Assembly: GCF_001194135.2 (NCBI RefSeq)
Contig: NC_069002.1
Location: 36,389,046 to 36,453,045, forward strand
Direction: 5' to 3'
DNA: 64,000 nucleotides
Source of the DNA: Octopus bimaculoides
Taxonomy: Eukaryota
This document shows, piece by piece, positions 52,988 to 64,000 of the stretch. Position 1 is the stretch's first letter. Every line of letters starts with the position of its first letter. The position numbers and the translations under genes are program-made. The notes beneath the pieces are model-generated. The model saw only the letters and a list, made by a program, of their open reading frames with translations. It was not told where the DNA came from and made no database searches.

Positions 52988-53611
52988 TCAGACTATTTTT
53001 AATGTTGAATCAGTTTTGAAAAGACTGCCATTGTCTGAGGATCGGTAAGGTGATAACTGGTTGTTACCTATCGTGTTGGATTCAAGGTTTGCTTCATATG
53101 ATGGGATTGATGATAATGGCATATGGGAGAAATTAGAGTTCAATGCAGGATAACACTGACGATAACAGTTGTAGGCAACTATAAATCCAAGTAACGATCC
53201 AACCGTGACATCTGCAACAGACATAAACAATTAAAACAGTCACTGATAATGAGAAACATGCATTTTATTAACTGACTGGTATTACTAGTAATAATAATGT
53301 GTAAATATAGTGATTTTATTCTATATCATTCGTTTAACATCTGATTGCCATACTGTCATGGGTCGACAGGATCTGATGAATTGGTTTACAGAAAACGTTT
53401 TGATTATGTAAATAAAGCTCCTATTCCATTATCCTGGCCACAGTTTAGTGAAGCTGACTGGTAAACCAGTTTTTTGAGGTAACATTGAGTTGTACTGATG
53501 GCCAAGGATACCAAAGACTACACTGTAATCATCCCAGGAATCCGAAGTATGATCTTAAGAGACATGTGATTTGTGGAAACATGCATTTATAAATTCCATG
53601 CAAGGATTACT

Positions 53612-53664
<53 letters not shown>

Positions 53665-55027
53665 ATATATATACATATTTGGTTTGGAGATTAGAGAGAT
53701 GTGAAATAAATAAATGTTGCTAGAAATGTGAATAAGCGGAGAAAATACTTGCCTTGCCAATGGTGGTGATAATCACAGACACGCGACAGAGCCACTAACA
53801 TAGCAATGAATATGGGAGTGATACAGGTGATAAAGCGCCAGGTACTTCCAAAACCATGTTGTCCAAAATAATGTAGTTTCCCAAATAAATATAGAGTTGT
53901 AAACCCTAAACCAGAGAAAGCAACTGAACGGAAAGAAAATAAAAAAGGAGAAAGAAATAAGAGATGAAATAAAAAGTAGAGAATTGCCATCATTTCATTT
54001 TATTAATTATTGTTTACAGTAACGATAAGGATGCAGAATTAGAACATAATATACAATGATAGACTAAATATTTTATGGTATCCAAGTTCAAACCATGTAG
54101 AAATCAATCTTACCTTTCAAACCACTGCCACCAAAAAGAATTACCAGTAACTTACTAGGAATACTGTTTCTTAAATTTTTTTTTATTTATATTTTAATTG
54201 GTCTAGTTTGAAGGAGTGCTGTCCCCATGGTTTTGTAAGCTCTCCAAGATCAGTGAGATCATTACAGTTAATGTCTCTTAAGGTTCCATGTCAAAGAAAT
54301 TATTATTTGAACAGTGGAGTTGATACAGATGATAAGAACCAAAACCAAATGATTTTTTACATTTAGTTTGCTATGGCAGCATTCTCAGTTTATACCAGCC
54401 CACAAAATAAAATCCAAATCAACTGCTAGGAGTTCCCTCCTTTGTGGAAAAAAAGAAAATGAAAATATTGTGCAGAGAACAGCTTCTGTCACATTCCAGG
54501 GAGAAAAACTACAAGTAGTTGATAGCTTCCATTACCTAGGGGACCAAGTCAGTAGCCGGGGTGGATGCTCTGAAAGTGTAGCTGCTAGAATAAAAATAGC
54601 CTGGCCAAAGTTCAGAGAGCTCCTACCTCTGCTGGTGACAAAGGGCCTCTCGCTCAGAGTAAAACATAGACTGTATGATGCATGTGTACAAACAGCCATT
54701 CTACATGGCAGTGAAACATGGGCCGTGACTGCTGAGGACATGCGTATATCCGTCTATATATATATATATATATATATATNNNNNNNNNNNNNNNNNNNNN
54801 NNNNNNNNNNNNNNNNNNNNNNNNNNNNNNNNNNNNNNNNNNNNNNNNNNNNNNNNNNNNNNNNNNNNNNNNNNNNNNNNNNNNNNNNNNNNNNNNNNNN
54901 NNNNNNNNNNNNNNNNNNNNNNNNNNNNNNNNNNNNNNNNNNNNNNNNNNNNNNNNNNNNNNNNNNNNNNNNNNNNNNNNNNNNNNNNNNNNNNNNNNNN
55001 NNNNNNNNNNNNNNNNNNNNNNNNNNN

Positions 55028-55060
<33 letters not shown>

Positions 55061-57654
55061 TCATCATCATTTAACATTATATATATATATAAATATATAC
55101 GCACTTATACACACACATGCATATATATATTGTATATACACACATACACAAACATACACATATGTAGACATGTCGACAGAGATTCATGCATAAATGTATA
55201 TATTTTAATATGGATATATACACATAAATGTGCAAAATATAGACTGATATAGATATAACATACATATCACTAGTTTCCATGGATTCTACTGTTTCACTTC
55301 TAAATTAAGTTAATCCTTTCAGAAATTTACTCACTTGAGGAATGTCCACTTGGAAAGCTTTTCCGACCTTCAGTGATTTTCTCCTGTAAACCTGTACACA
55401 ACATGCCAGCAACGAATTTCCCATCAGGGAAACACCGCCAATAGAAGTCAGGACGGGGCCTAACAGAAACAAAAGGAATATTTTTTTTTTAAATCAACAG
55501 AAAGAAAATTCATTTTAACATTTGTGTAGAGTTTATGTCTCATTTAATAATTCCAAGTAATACAAAGGGAGCGCACAAAATAGTAGCTTGGGTTCTGTAG
55601 TACAGCATAAATACAGACATAAATTTACATATGTAGAAACACTTAGCCATTCATTTGCAAGTGTCGTCTGACTGCTTGTAACTGCTGAACAAAGATGGCA
55701 CACTAGCTGACTGTTTGCTACATTATCCTCACTGTGGAGGCGCAATGGCCCAATGGTTAGGGCAGCGGACTTGCGGTCATAGGATCGCGATTTCGATTTC
55801 CAGACCGGCCGTTGTGAGTGTTTATTGAGCAAAAACACCTAAAGCTCCACGAGGCTCCGGCAGGGGATGGTGGCGAACCCTGCTGTACGCTTCCACCACA
55901 ACTTTCTTCCTGTTTCTGTTGTGCCTGTAATTCAAAGGGTCAGCCTTGTCACACTGTGTCACGCTGAATATCCCCGAGAACTACGTTAAGGGTATATGCG
56001 TCTGTGGAGTGCTCCGCCACTTGCACGTTAATTTCACGAGCAGGCTGTTCCGTTGATCGGGTCAACTGGATCCCTCGACATCGTAAGCAATGGAGAGCCA
56101 ACATTATCCTCACTATATTCTCACCACATTAGTCAATTGTAAAATTACAATGTGTGAACATCTCTAGCTTCTTCTGCAAGATGACATATTCAATAGCAGA
56201 AAGAATGGACAGTGTGGAAGCATATTTGAGAGCAGGTCCTGTTAAGCAAACACAAGAAATTTTTGAAGTTTCCAAGTAAAAGTTTACTGGCAATGATACA
56301 AATGTTGGTTAAGAAGTGGCATGCTAAGGGGTTAGTACACAACACCCCAAAACAAAGAGATCCTTCAGGTTTGGATGCTGGAAGTTATTCAAGGCATTTG
56401 TCAAAGGATTACTCAAAGACCAAAGAAGTCAACAGCCTCACATAAGCAGGAGGTGAGGTGCAGGAAATTCTAAAGTTGAAGCCATATCATTTCACAAGTG
56501 TACAGCGGATGAGAAGAGCAAACAAGAAAATTACTGGACTCGGCTTCAAATAGCAGATACAAGTGGTTAGAATAACACAATGACACTTGCAAAGGAACGG
56601 TTCATTACACCATTTATGTTCCTGTTTCTGACAAGAAATTTCGCTTTCATGTAAAACAACTATATTTTGTAGTCATTATCCGTAATCTACTCCCAAAACA
56701 CTTTAGCAGCTCTACTTTGCATCCCTTGCAAACTTATATGTCCTATGATCATTAAAATGCAACGACCTCCACAAGAACCAGCCTTCAAGTTTGGTTTTCC
56801 ATTCCTAGGTTAATTGGAAACAGATTGCTGTGCTTCTCATAAACCTCCTTGGTGGTCCAATTATTTGGTGAAAAAAATACCACCAAAGCAACTTAAACCG
56901 TCCAAAGGACAGGTGCGTTTGCTAGTGTGTGTGTGTGTGTGTGTGTGTGTATGCGTATTAGCTGAATAACTCATCATTGCTGGGCGATTTCAACACTAGA
57001 ATGCTTTGGCTAACTTTCAATTTTCTCTGTTTTGACGAGGATTTTTTCAATTTTTGTTTTTTCACCATAATCTTGGAAAAATGACGGGGGAGGGGGAAGC
57101 TTTTTATGAAAAGAATTTTTGAGAATTTATGAATTTCCCCTCGCTCCCCCTCCAGACCAATTTTGGCCAACTTAAAAAACAATGGGGAATAGCCTTTTCT
57201 ACGTGATATTTGTGTTTCATAAAATGAAAATAAACGTTACAAGACAAGGTTTTAAACAGAATGAAAGCAAGTATGTCATACAAAGAGAGAGAGAGGGGGG
57301 AACAGCATGCATGAGAGATGATACATATACAGACAGAGTTATAGAGAGTGAGGTAAATGTATAGAGAGAGGGGAAGGCTAAAGAGAGAGAGAGAGAGAGC
57401 CTGATGGAGATGTTGATTTGAAAGTAGAGTTATTTAATATAACAAATTATGTTTTTTGATTATTACCAGAAACCTTCTCTTTAGGATGCAGATTTTGAGA
57501 ATCAAATTTTTGTTTCCTTCTGGACACACTGTTTCAGAGCCTTAGGAGGCTAAACACACATACATACACTCTCATTTATATAGTACACACACATAATATG
57601 CAATCACACATACATACACATATATGCAACCCCCAACCACACACACCTTCATGT

Positions 57655-57688
<34 letters not shown>

Positions 57689-60600
57689 AACACACCTATA
57701 TATATGCATTCACACAGATATATAGAGAAAGATCTACTTACCGTCCAAAAATGATTTTTATCACATTTGTAAGAGAAGCAGTAAAGAATATAGATAAAGT
57801 CACACCTGCAAGATAAAAATAAATAAAGGTAAATTCATGTTTTTAGCTGGTCACAATGACATAAACTGTAATTTCTGGTAAACAAGGCCACAGATTTGGT
57901 CACTAGGCAACAGTCAATTAAACAGACCGAGTACTTGAGAGGTACTTTATTTTATCAACACCTGAACAGATAAAGATAACCTTGTGGGATTTGAACTTAG
58001 AATGTAAAGAAAAACATATTCCCCTCTCAGATTCACACTTATAAGTAATTACCACAAGGTATTCGTCCAAAACAATGAATATTTATATTAACTTAAGCAC
58101 AAGGCCTTAGATTTTGGAGGTGATGATAGTTGATCAAATCAGCTCCAGTACATGACTGGTATATTTTTTCATAACTCTGGCAGGATTTGAATTCAGACCA
58201 TAAATAGACTAACTTAATTATTACAAGGCATTTTAGTCTAACACTAATGCTTTGGTCAAAACATCATCTCAAATGAATACTTTGAGACAATAATATGAAT
58301 GTGAATAATAGAAATCATAGAATGGAATGGAAGACAAATGTTGTAAAAAGGAGATCAAAATTATCAACTGTATTATCAAACGACTCTTACCCAAAACAGC
58401 ACATGTCACATCTGTTTTATTTCTGTTCCTGATATAAGCAGACACAATTGAAACTAAAGGTAAAATAGTTACAATGACCTGTAAAATATAGAAATTACAT
58501 AAATGTTGAGTTGAGCAAAGAAATCTTAATTCTCACTTTTTGTTCTAATATATGATGGGGTACTAAAAAGTTCCTGGCTTTGGGTAAAAGAAAATACAGG
58601 ATGAGGATCGGTTAATTATGAATTTATCCAACATATTCCCCTCTCAGATTCACACACTTATTGCAGTGGTCCTTCAGTTTTTCTAAGCCCTGTAAAAGAA
58701 CTCAGAAGGTTGGGCCTCCAACCAGGCCTTTTGCAATGCCCTTAAAGCCAGGAACTTTTCATTACCCCCTCATATCATCTAGTTGGTTGTTTAGTCCCAG
58801 TTTGGATAATAACATGTTCACATTTAGTTCCTTAGAAATAAAATGCTACACTCTAAATATATGTATTAATAAATATAAGTAGGAAGGAAAATCAGAAATA
58901 TATGTGACATCTCTAATCTGAAAAGGTGTGATTCTGTAAAAAGAAATGAGGACATTTGAAAACCAACCCACAAAAATTTAACCGGAATATAACTGGGAGT
59001 TTCAGGATTCTTATACAACCATAATTCTTCTGGTTGAATATGTCTTTCAAATGGCTTCAGATTATCTGTGTATCTACAATAGCAAAAAGAAAGAAAAAAA
59101 ACAGATTACAGTAGAATTAACAAATAACGAAATAAATTAAGCATATTTTGTGGCTTTACCTTCTCTTTGAATTTATTTTCAGTTCATTTATATGGTAAGT
59201 ACTTAACAAAATAATTAAAATATTAGTAATTGATTAATGCAATCAAAAGTAGAGCTACTCATATATGATCCCCAGAGATAGTTGAATGTTTTCTGGAAGT
59301 GATTGTGGAAGTAACAGGGTCTAAGAAAAGAACTGAAGGAAATTTATGCAACTATTACAGGTCAGCAACAGAGAGTTATGCCCCCTCCTTAATACATAAA
59401 GCATACATAAGCAATGTAATGATGTATAAGAGTGAAATGTGAATGCTAAATATAGATTTGACAGGGATTAGAAAGAAACTAGACAACCCGTGACCAGTTG
59501 GATCACAAGGAAACTCCGAGTTTCCCAGCAATGGAGTTTTGTTTTATGGGTTAATTTATATTTTCTTTTCAAGGTTATTTCGCATGCTTAATCATGCGTA
59601 AACAGCTCCTTTCCTCCAAAAGGTAAGATTTGGCTGCTATTTCTTGCACGCCCGGCTACAAGGTAACAGGTATTTCAGGTCCTTTACCACAAATAGCTGT
59701 TACGGTTTACGAACGGGTCTTTTATGAAATATTCACCATATTTTTAGCCATTTTCACTTGAAAATATTTTCTAAATATACCAAAAACATTCTTGTAATGG
59801 TATTCACTTAAAAATAAAACATTAAAATATTGTCTGCTCAAATAAAGCTAAAATATAAATACTTACTGTACAAACAACTTACATTTTTGTAATCACATTC
59901 ACTTAAAAATATTTCTAAATGGTTAAAATATTACGGAGACGTACTAGCATAGCAAGTGACTTGATTTGAGATCGTGTGCTGAAACAAAAACAATTGCAAT
60001 GTGGAAGATGTTTGTAAGCCATTTAAGAACACACAAAAACCATTAGTTTCACTTCAACATTTGAATTTGATTTGTGTCAAAATATTTTTGTCACTCTGAA
60101 ACCGTGACCTGTTCACCGACAAAATAGAAACATTCTTTCTCTTTTGTTTTTCTCCATCACAACATATGAATGAGAAAGGAAGGGGTGAAAGTCAACATTT
60201 TTTTTCCTTAGAGAGTGATAGAGAGTGTGATGACTGTGTGTGTATATGTCACAGATAGTATACATATGTTTGTGTTGAATCACATGCCATGACATTCATT
60301 ATATGTGTTGACGTCAGGGAAGCCGTGTTTTTTTGTTTTTCTTCACCAAGAAATAACATACAAAAATTGTGTTTAATCGTTTTCATTAATAAACAGAGGT
60401 CCAAATATCACAAAACCTTATACTGCACTGCATTAAAGTAAGCATGAAAATAAATATGTAAAAAAAATTAAGATAAAATATACTGTTTCTGAGATATTTC
60501 GGGAACAAACAAACATCTTCCAAAAGTTTTAGTAATATTAAGATGAGGCAAAGTATTATACACTAAATGTGCCATATTGAAAAACAAAACAGGAAGGAGT

Positions 60601-62164
60601 CAAGAGACTGTTTGGGTAGTAAATATGTGTGTTGTAAGACTAAAATATACGTAGCACAAGTGATGCTGAACTGGTCTAAAGACATGATGGGAAGAAATGA
60701 TGAGTGTTGGATGACAAATTGCTATGGGTCGACAGAGGACAACAGCCATGGCAGAGGAAGATTGTGATAATGGAAAAAAGTGGTAAAATTAGTGCTGAAG
60801 ATGTTGAGTCTCACTGATAAGATGGTGCAGGAGTAAGATAATTAGATGACATTCTGTGCTGCAAGCCAGACCAACCCATACCAGCAGAGAAAAATGAACA
60901 CAAGAACAAGAATTACTGGTACTGATATGGCATGGGTATATTCTTTTATTCTTTAGTCAAACAAATCACCCACAAGACTTATTCTCTGTAAGCCTGGTAC
61001 TTATTTTATCAGAGACTTTTGCCGAACCACTAAGTTATATGGATATAAACACACCAACTTCGGTTGTCAAGTGATGGAGGAGGGATAACACAGACACACA
61101 AATACATATATATATGTACAATGGGTTTCTTTCAGTCTCCATCTACCAAATCCACTCACAAGGCTTTGGTCAGCCTGCAGCTATAGTAGAAGACACTTGC
61201 CAAGGTACCACACAGTGGGACTGAACCCAGAACCATGTGGTTACAGGTTTTATAAACATATATCTATTTACAACTTACACCTAATTGACACTAGAGTAAT
61301 TATTACAATGCTATCAACTTTGTAACATTATGTAAATGGGTTGAGCCATTCACAATCTTGATTACATTTCAAAAACTAACTTTCTGTTCTGCTCAGGTAT
61401 CTTTACAGAAAGATATAAGCAAATTTTGAGTTGTAAATATGACAAAATTAGTCTGTTTAATCCTACTTTGAAGCCACCAAAAACCATGTGATACAACATA
61501 TGTCATGTGATACAACATATGTCATGTGATACAACATATGTCATGTGATACAACATATGTTATGTGATACAACACATGTTATGTGATACAACATATGTCA
61601 TGTGATACAACATATGTTATGTGATACAACATATGCTATGTGGTACAGCAAGTTGACAGAATCGGTAGAGCGCCGGGTGAAATGCTTAGCGGTATTTTAT
61701 CTGTCGTTACATTCTGAGTTCAAATTCCGCCGAGGTCGACTTTGCTTTTCATCCTTTCAGGGTCGATAAATTAAGTACCAGTTACGTACTGGGGTCGATG
61801 TAATCGACTTAATCCCTTTGTCTGTCCTTGTTTGTCCCCTCTATGTTTAGCCCCTTGCGGGCAATAAAGAAATAAGAAACAAATTTGGCAGGTTTTCTCA
61901 GTTGCTGTTTGTATCAGAGGTGAGGAAAGTGATGAGGCTCTATGAGAAACATCCTATTGATGCCAGTAAGGAAAAGAAGAGATGTATGATGATGATGATG
62001 GCAACGTTGATGACGATGGTAGTGTGAGAGTGTCTGTGGACGCACATGCTAGCATGCACATGAGAGAAAAAAAACAACACTGAGTATTTATCAACTTACA
62101 AATACAATAGGAAGAAAAGAATCCGGAAAAGTACTTCTGCCCCAAAGCTCTCCAAAATCTTCAT
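52988..62164 (-). CDS. PLPP5: Phospholipid phosphatase 4/5-like (PAP2 / PPAPDC1 family), 280 aa, 7 coding exons
   Basis: Exons are 62164-62100, 59073-58968, 58478-58391, 57805-57742, 55459-55335, 53923-53753 and 53211-52988 (843 nt, phases consistent). Starts [45 protein letters not shown]. Catalytic motifs KIIFGRPRP, PSGH and [12 protein letters not shown] are intact. Invertebrate co-ortholog of PLPP4/PLPP5, so the symbol is nominal. Confidence 0.95.
54470..54755 (+). mobile_element. RTE-clade LINE RT C-terminal fragment in PLPP intron 5 (antisense to gene)
   Basis: [61 protein letters not shown]. Confidence 0.85.
55736..56100 (+). mobile_element. Full-length tRNA-derived SINE with 14-bp target-site duplication in PLPP intron 4
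   Basis: tRNA-like head GGAGGCGCAATGGCCCAATGGTTAGGGCAGCGG. TSD ACATTATCCTCACT at 55720-55733 and 56101-56114. A partial copy lies at 35778-36020. Confidence 0.9.
61486..61640. repeat. 19-bp minisatellite (CATGTGATACAACATATGT), about 8 copies
   Basis: Direct reading, within PLPP intron 1. Confidence 0.9.
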
Positions 62165-64000
62165 TGTTTCTGTGCTCTGCTTTAAAGAAATTCATTCAGT
62201 ATACCTTATAAAAACAAATTGAAAATCATATTCATACATGAAACAGAAGAAGTTGTTTAAACACTCAAGTTTTAACCCTTTCATTACTGTATTTCTGTTG
62301 AGATGCTCTGTGTTTCTTTCAATTACTTTAAATAAAACAAAGAATTTAGTAAAATAACTTAGTTATCATTCAGCTAGTGTTAGGAACATAAATTGTGACT
62401 AAGGTTTGGTGGAAGATTTTAATTCAAAACTTATGAAAACAAGAGATTTGTACTACAGAGTCAGAGGTGGTTTCAGCCGGATTGGTAACAAAAGGGTTTA
62501 GATAATTATTATTGGTTTCTTTTGATTAATCACAAAGAGTGATTGTTAGTAGAGGAAGGGCTAGACTATTAAAGAAATCCCACTGTATTACTAGAATGTC
62601 CGAATGATGGATTTATGAGAAAGGAAGCAATGCTCTGTGATGTGAACTTGAAATAGAGGCACATAGGACACTGTTCATCATGCATATGATGGTTTATTCT
62701 CAGTTGGCAAATATTAGCACAGATCAACACCCAAACTGTTCACTGATGTTTAAACAAGAGTATCAGCTCTTGTTAGAATCATTGGTCTGGGGGTGCTTCT
62801 GGCTAATGAGACAACAATGTCAAAACACTGGGGGTCCCAGAATCTCTTGTGCTAATGAACTGAGTGTGTTGTGAACACATATTCGTCATAAAGGAGGAAC
62901 TATTTTCCTGTGACAAAACAGAACAGTGGTAAGCATATTCATGTTCAAATCAACTGGAATGTAATTAAGAATTCCATAGATTTTGATAATGTTGTTTCAT
63001 TATTTTTCATCTTTTAGCTTTTACTTGTTCCAGTTATCAGATTATAACCATGATGGGTTACAGACTTGAATGGTTTTGTTGAGCAAATTGCTCCTATACA
63101 TATCTTTGAAGTTTGGTACTTATTCTAACAGCCTCTTTTGTCGAAATCCTACGTTACTGGGATGTAAACAAACAAACACCAGTTGTCAAGTAGTGGGGTA
63201 CAAACACAAATACACATATGTACAACATGGCAGTAGGAGCGACAGTTTTTGCATTTGCAGTACCAGTGTTGGTACCAACGTCTGGGATACTTGACTGGTC
63301 TGCAGAGGAAATCCATTCCATAGACATTAAAATCTGGCATGATCCTGACATCAAATGGAAATTCCCACAAAAACAGTGATATCAAAAGGTTCCACCACCA
63401 AAAACAAAAGAGATGAAGGAGGCAGAGGCTTGAAATCCGTGCAGGCAGCCTTGAAATGTTGTACAGCGATGAGGCGCTATGGTGCCACTGCATGGCACCT
63501 TCGGTAAGTGTCTTCTACTATAGCCTCAGGCCGGCCAAAGCTTTGTGAGTGGATTTGGTAGACGGAAACTGGAAGAAGCCCATCAAATATATATATATAA
63601 TGCAAGAGAGTTAGGGGTTGAGGATTCAACCCACTAAGGGATAGTATCTATCCAATATACTGCATATTCCGCCGCATATTCTCCTCCAATTTTTTATAGC
63701 TATATATATATCATCATCATCATCGTTTAACGTCCGCTTTCCATGCTAGCATGGGTTGGACGATTTGACTGAGGACTGGTGAAACCGGATGGCAACACCA
63801 GGCTCCAGTCTAATTTGGCAGAGTTTCTACAGCTGGATGCCCTTCCTAACGCCAACCACTCAGAGAGTGTAGTGGGTGCTTTTACGTGTCACCCGCACCA
63901 AAACGGCCACGCTCGAAATGGTGTCTTTTATGTGCCACCTGCACAAGCCAGTCCAGGGGCACTGGCAATGATCTCGCTCGAAAATCCTACGGGAGCCAGT

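Noticed and set aside
55736-55810. tRNA-like sequence
   Set aside because: It is the head of a SINE with a TSD, not a tRNA gene.

Overview
AT-rich, microsatellite- and SINE-dense eukaryotic DNA with N-gaps. The repeat content suggests an octopod cephalopod, which cannot be confirmed without a search. Two kinds of host genes are supported. (1) A roughly 40-kb cluster (4.2-44.1 kb) of small precursor genes that the ORF track largely misses. Each has a signal-peptide exon (phase 1), a 52-61 nt propeptide exon (phase 1 to 2) and a terminal exon. The terminal exon encodes a basic cleavage site followed by an 8-cysteine C-C-CC-CxC-CxC knottin (inhibitor cystine knot; agatoxin-like framework). Five intact genes were reconstructed by hand: A(-), B(+), C(-), D(+), E(-). 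Several decayed exons are also present. Most members continue past the last Cys into a Ser/Thr-rich spacer and hydrophobic C-terminus that resembles a GPI-anchor or membrane-tether signal. Gene D has one signal/pro exon pair and three tandem terminal exons, two tail-less and one tailed, with a strong excess of amino-acid-changing differences. (2) A complete 7-exon PAP2-family phospholipid phosphatase (PLPP4/5 type, 280 aa, minus strand, 52988-62164) whose last intron is GC-AG. The rest is decayed mobile DNA: Penelope-like, R4/Dong-like, RTE, pogo, Helitron, a truncated Gypsy LTR, and many tRNA-derived SINEs. No rRNA, true tRNA or CRISPR array was seen.
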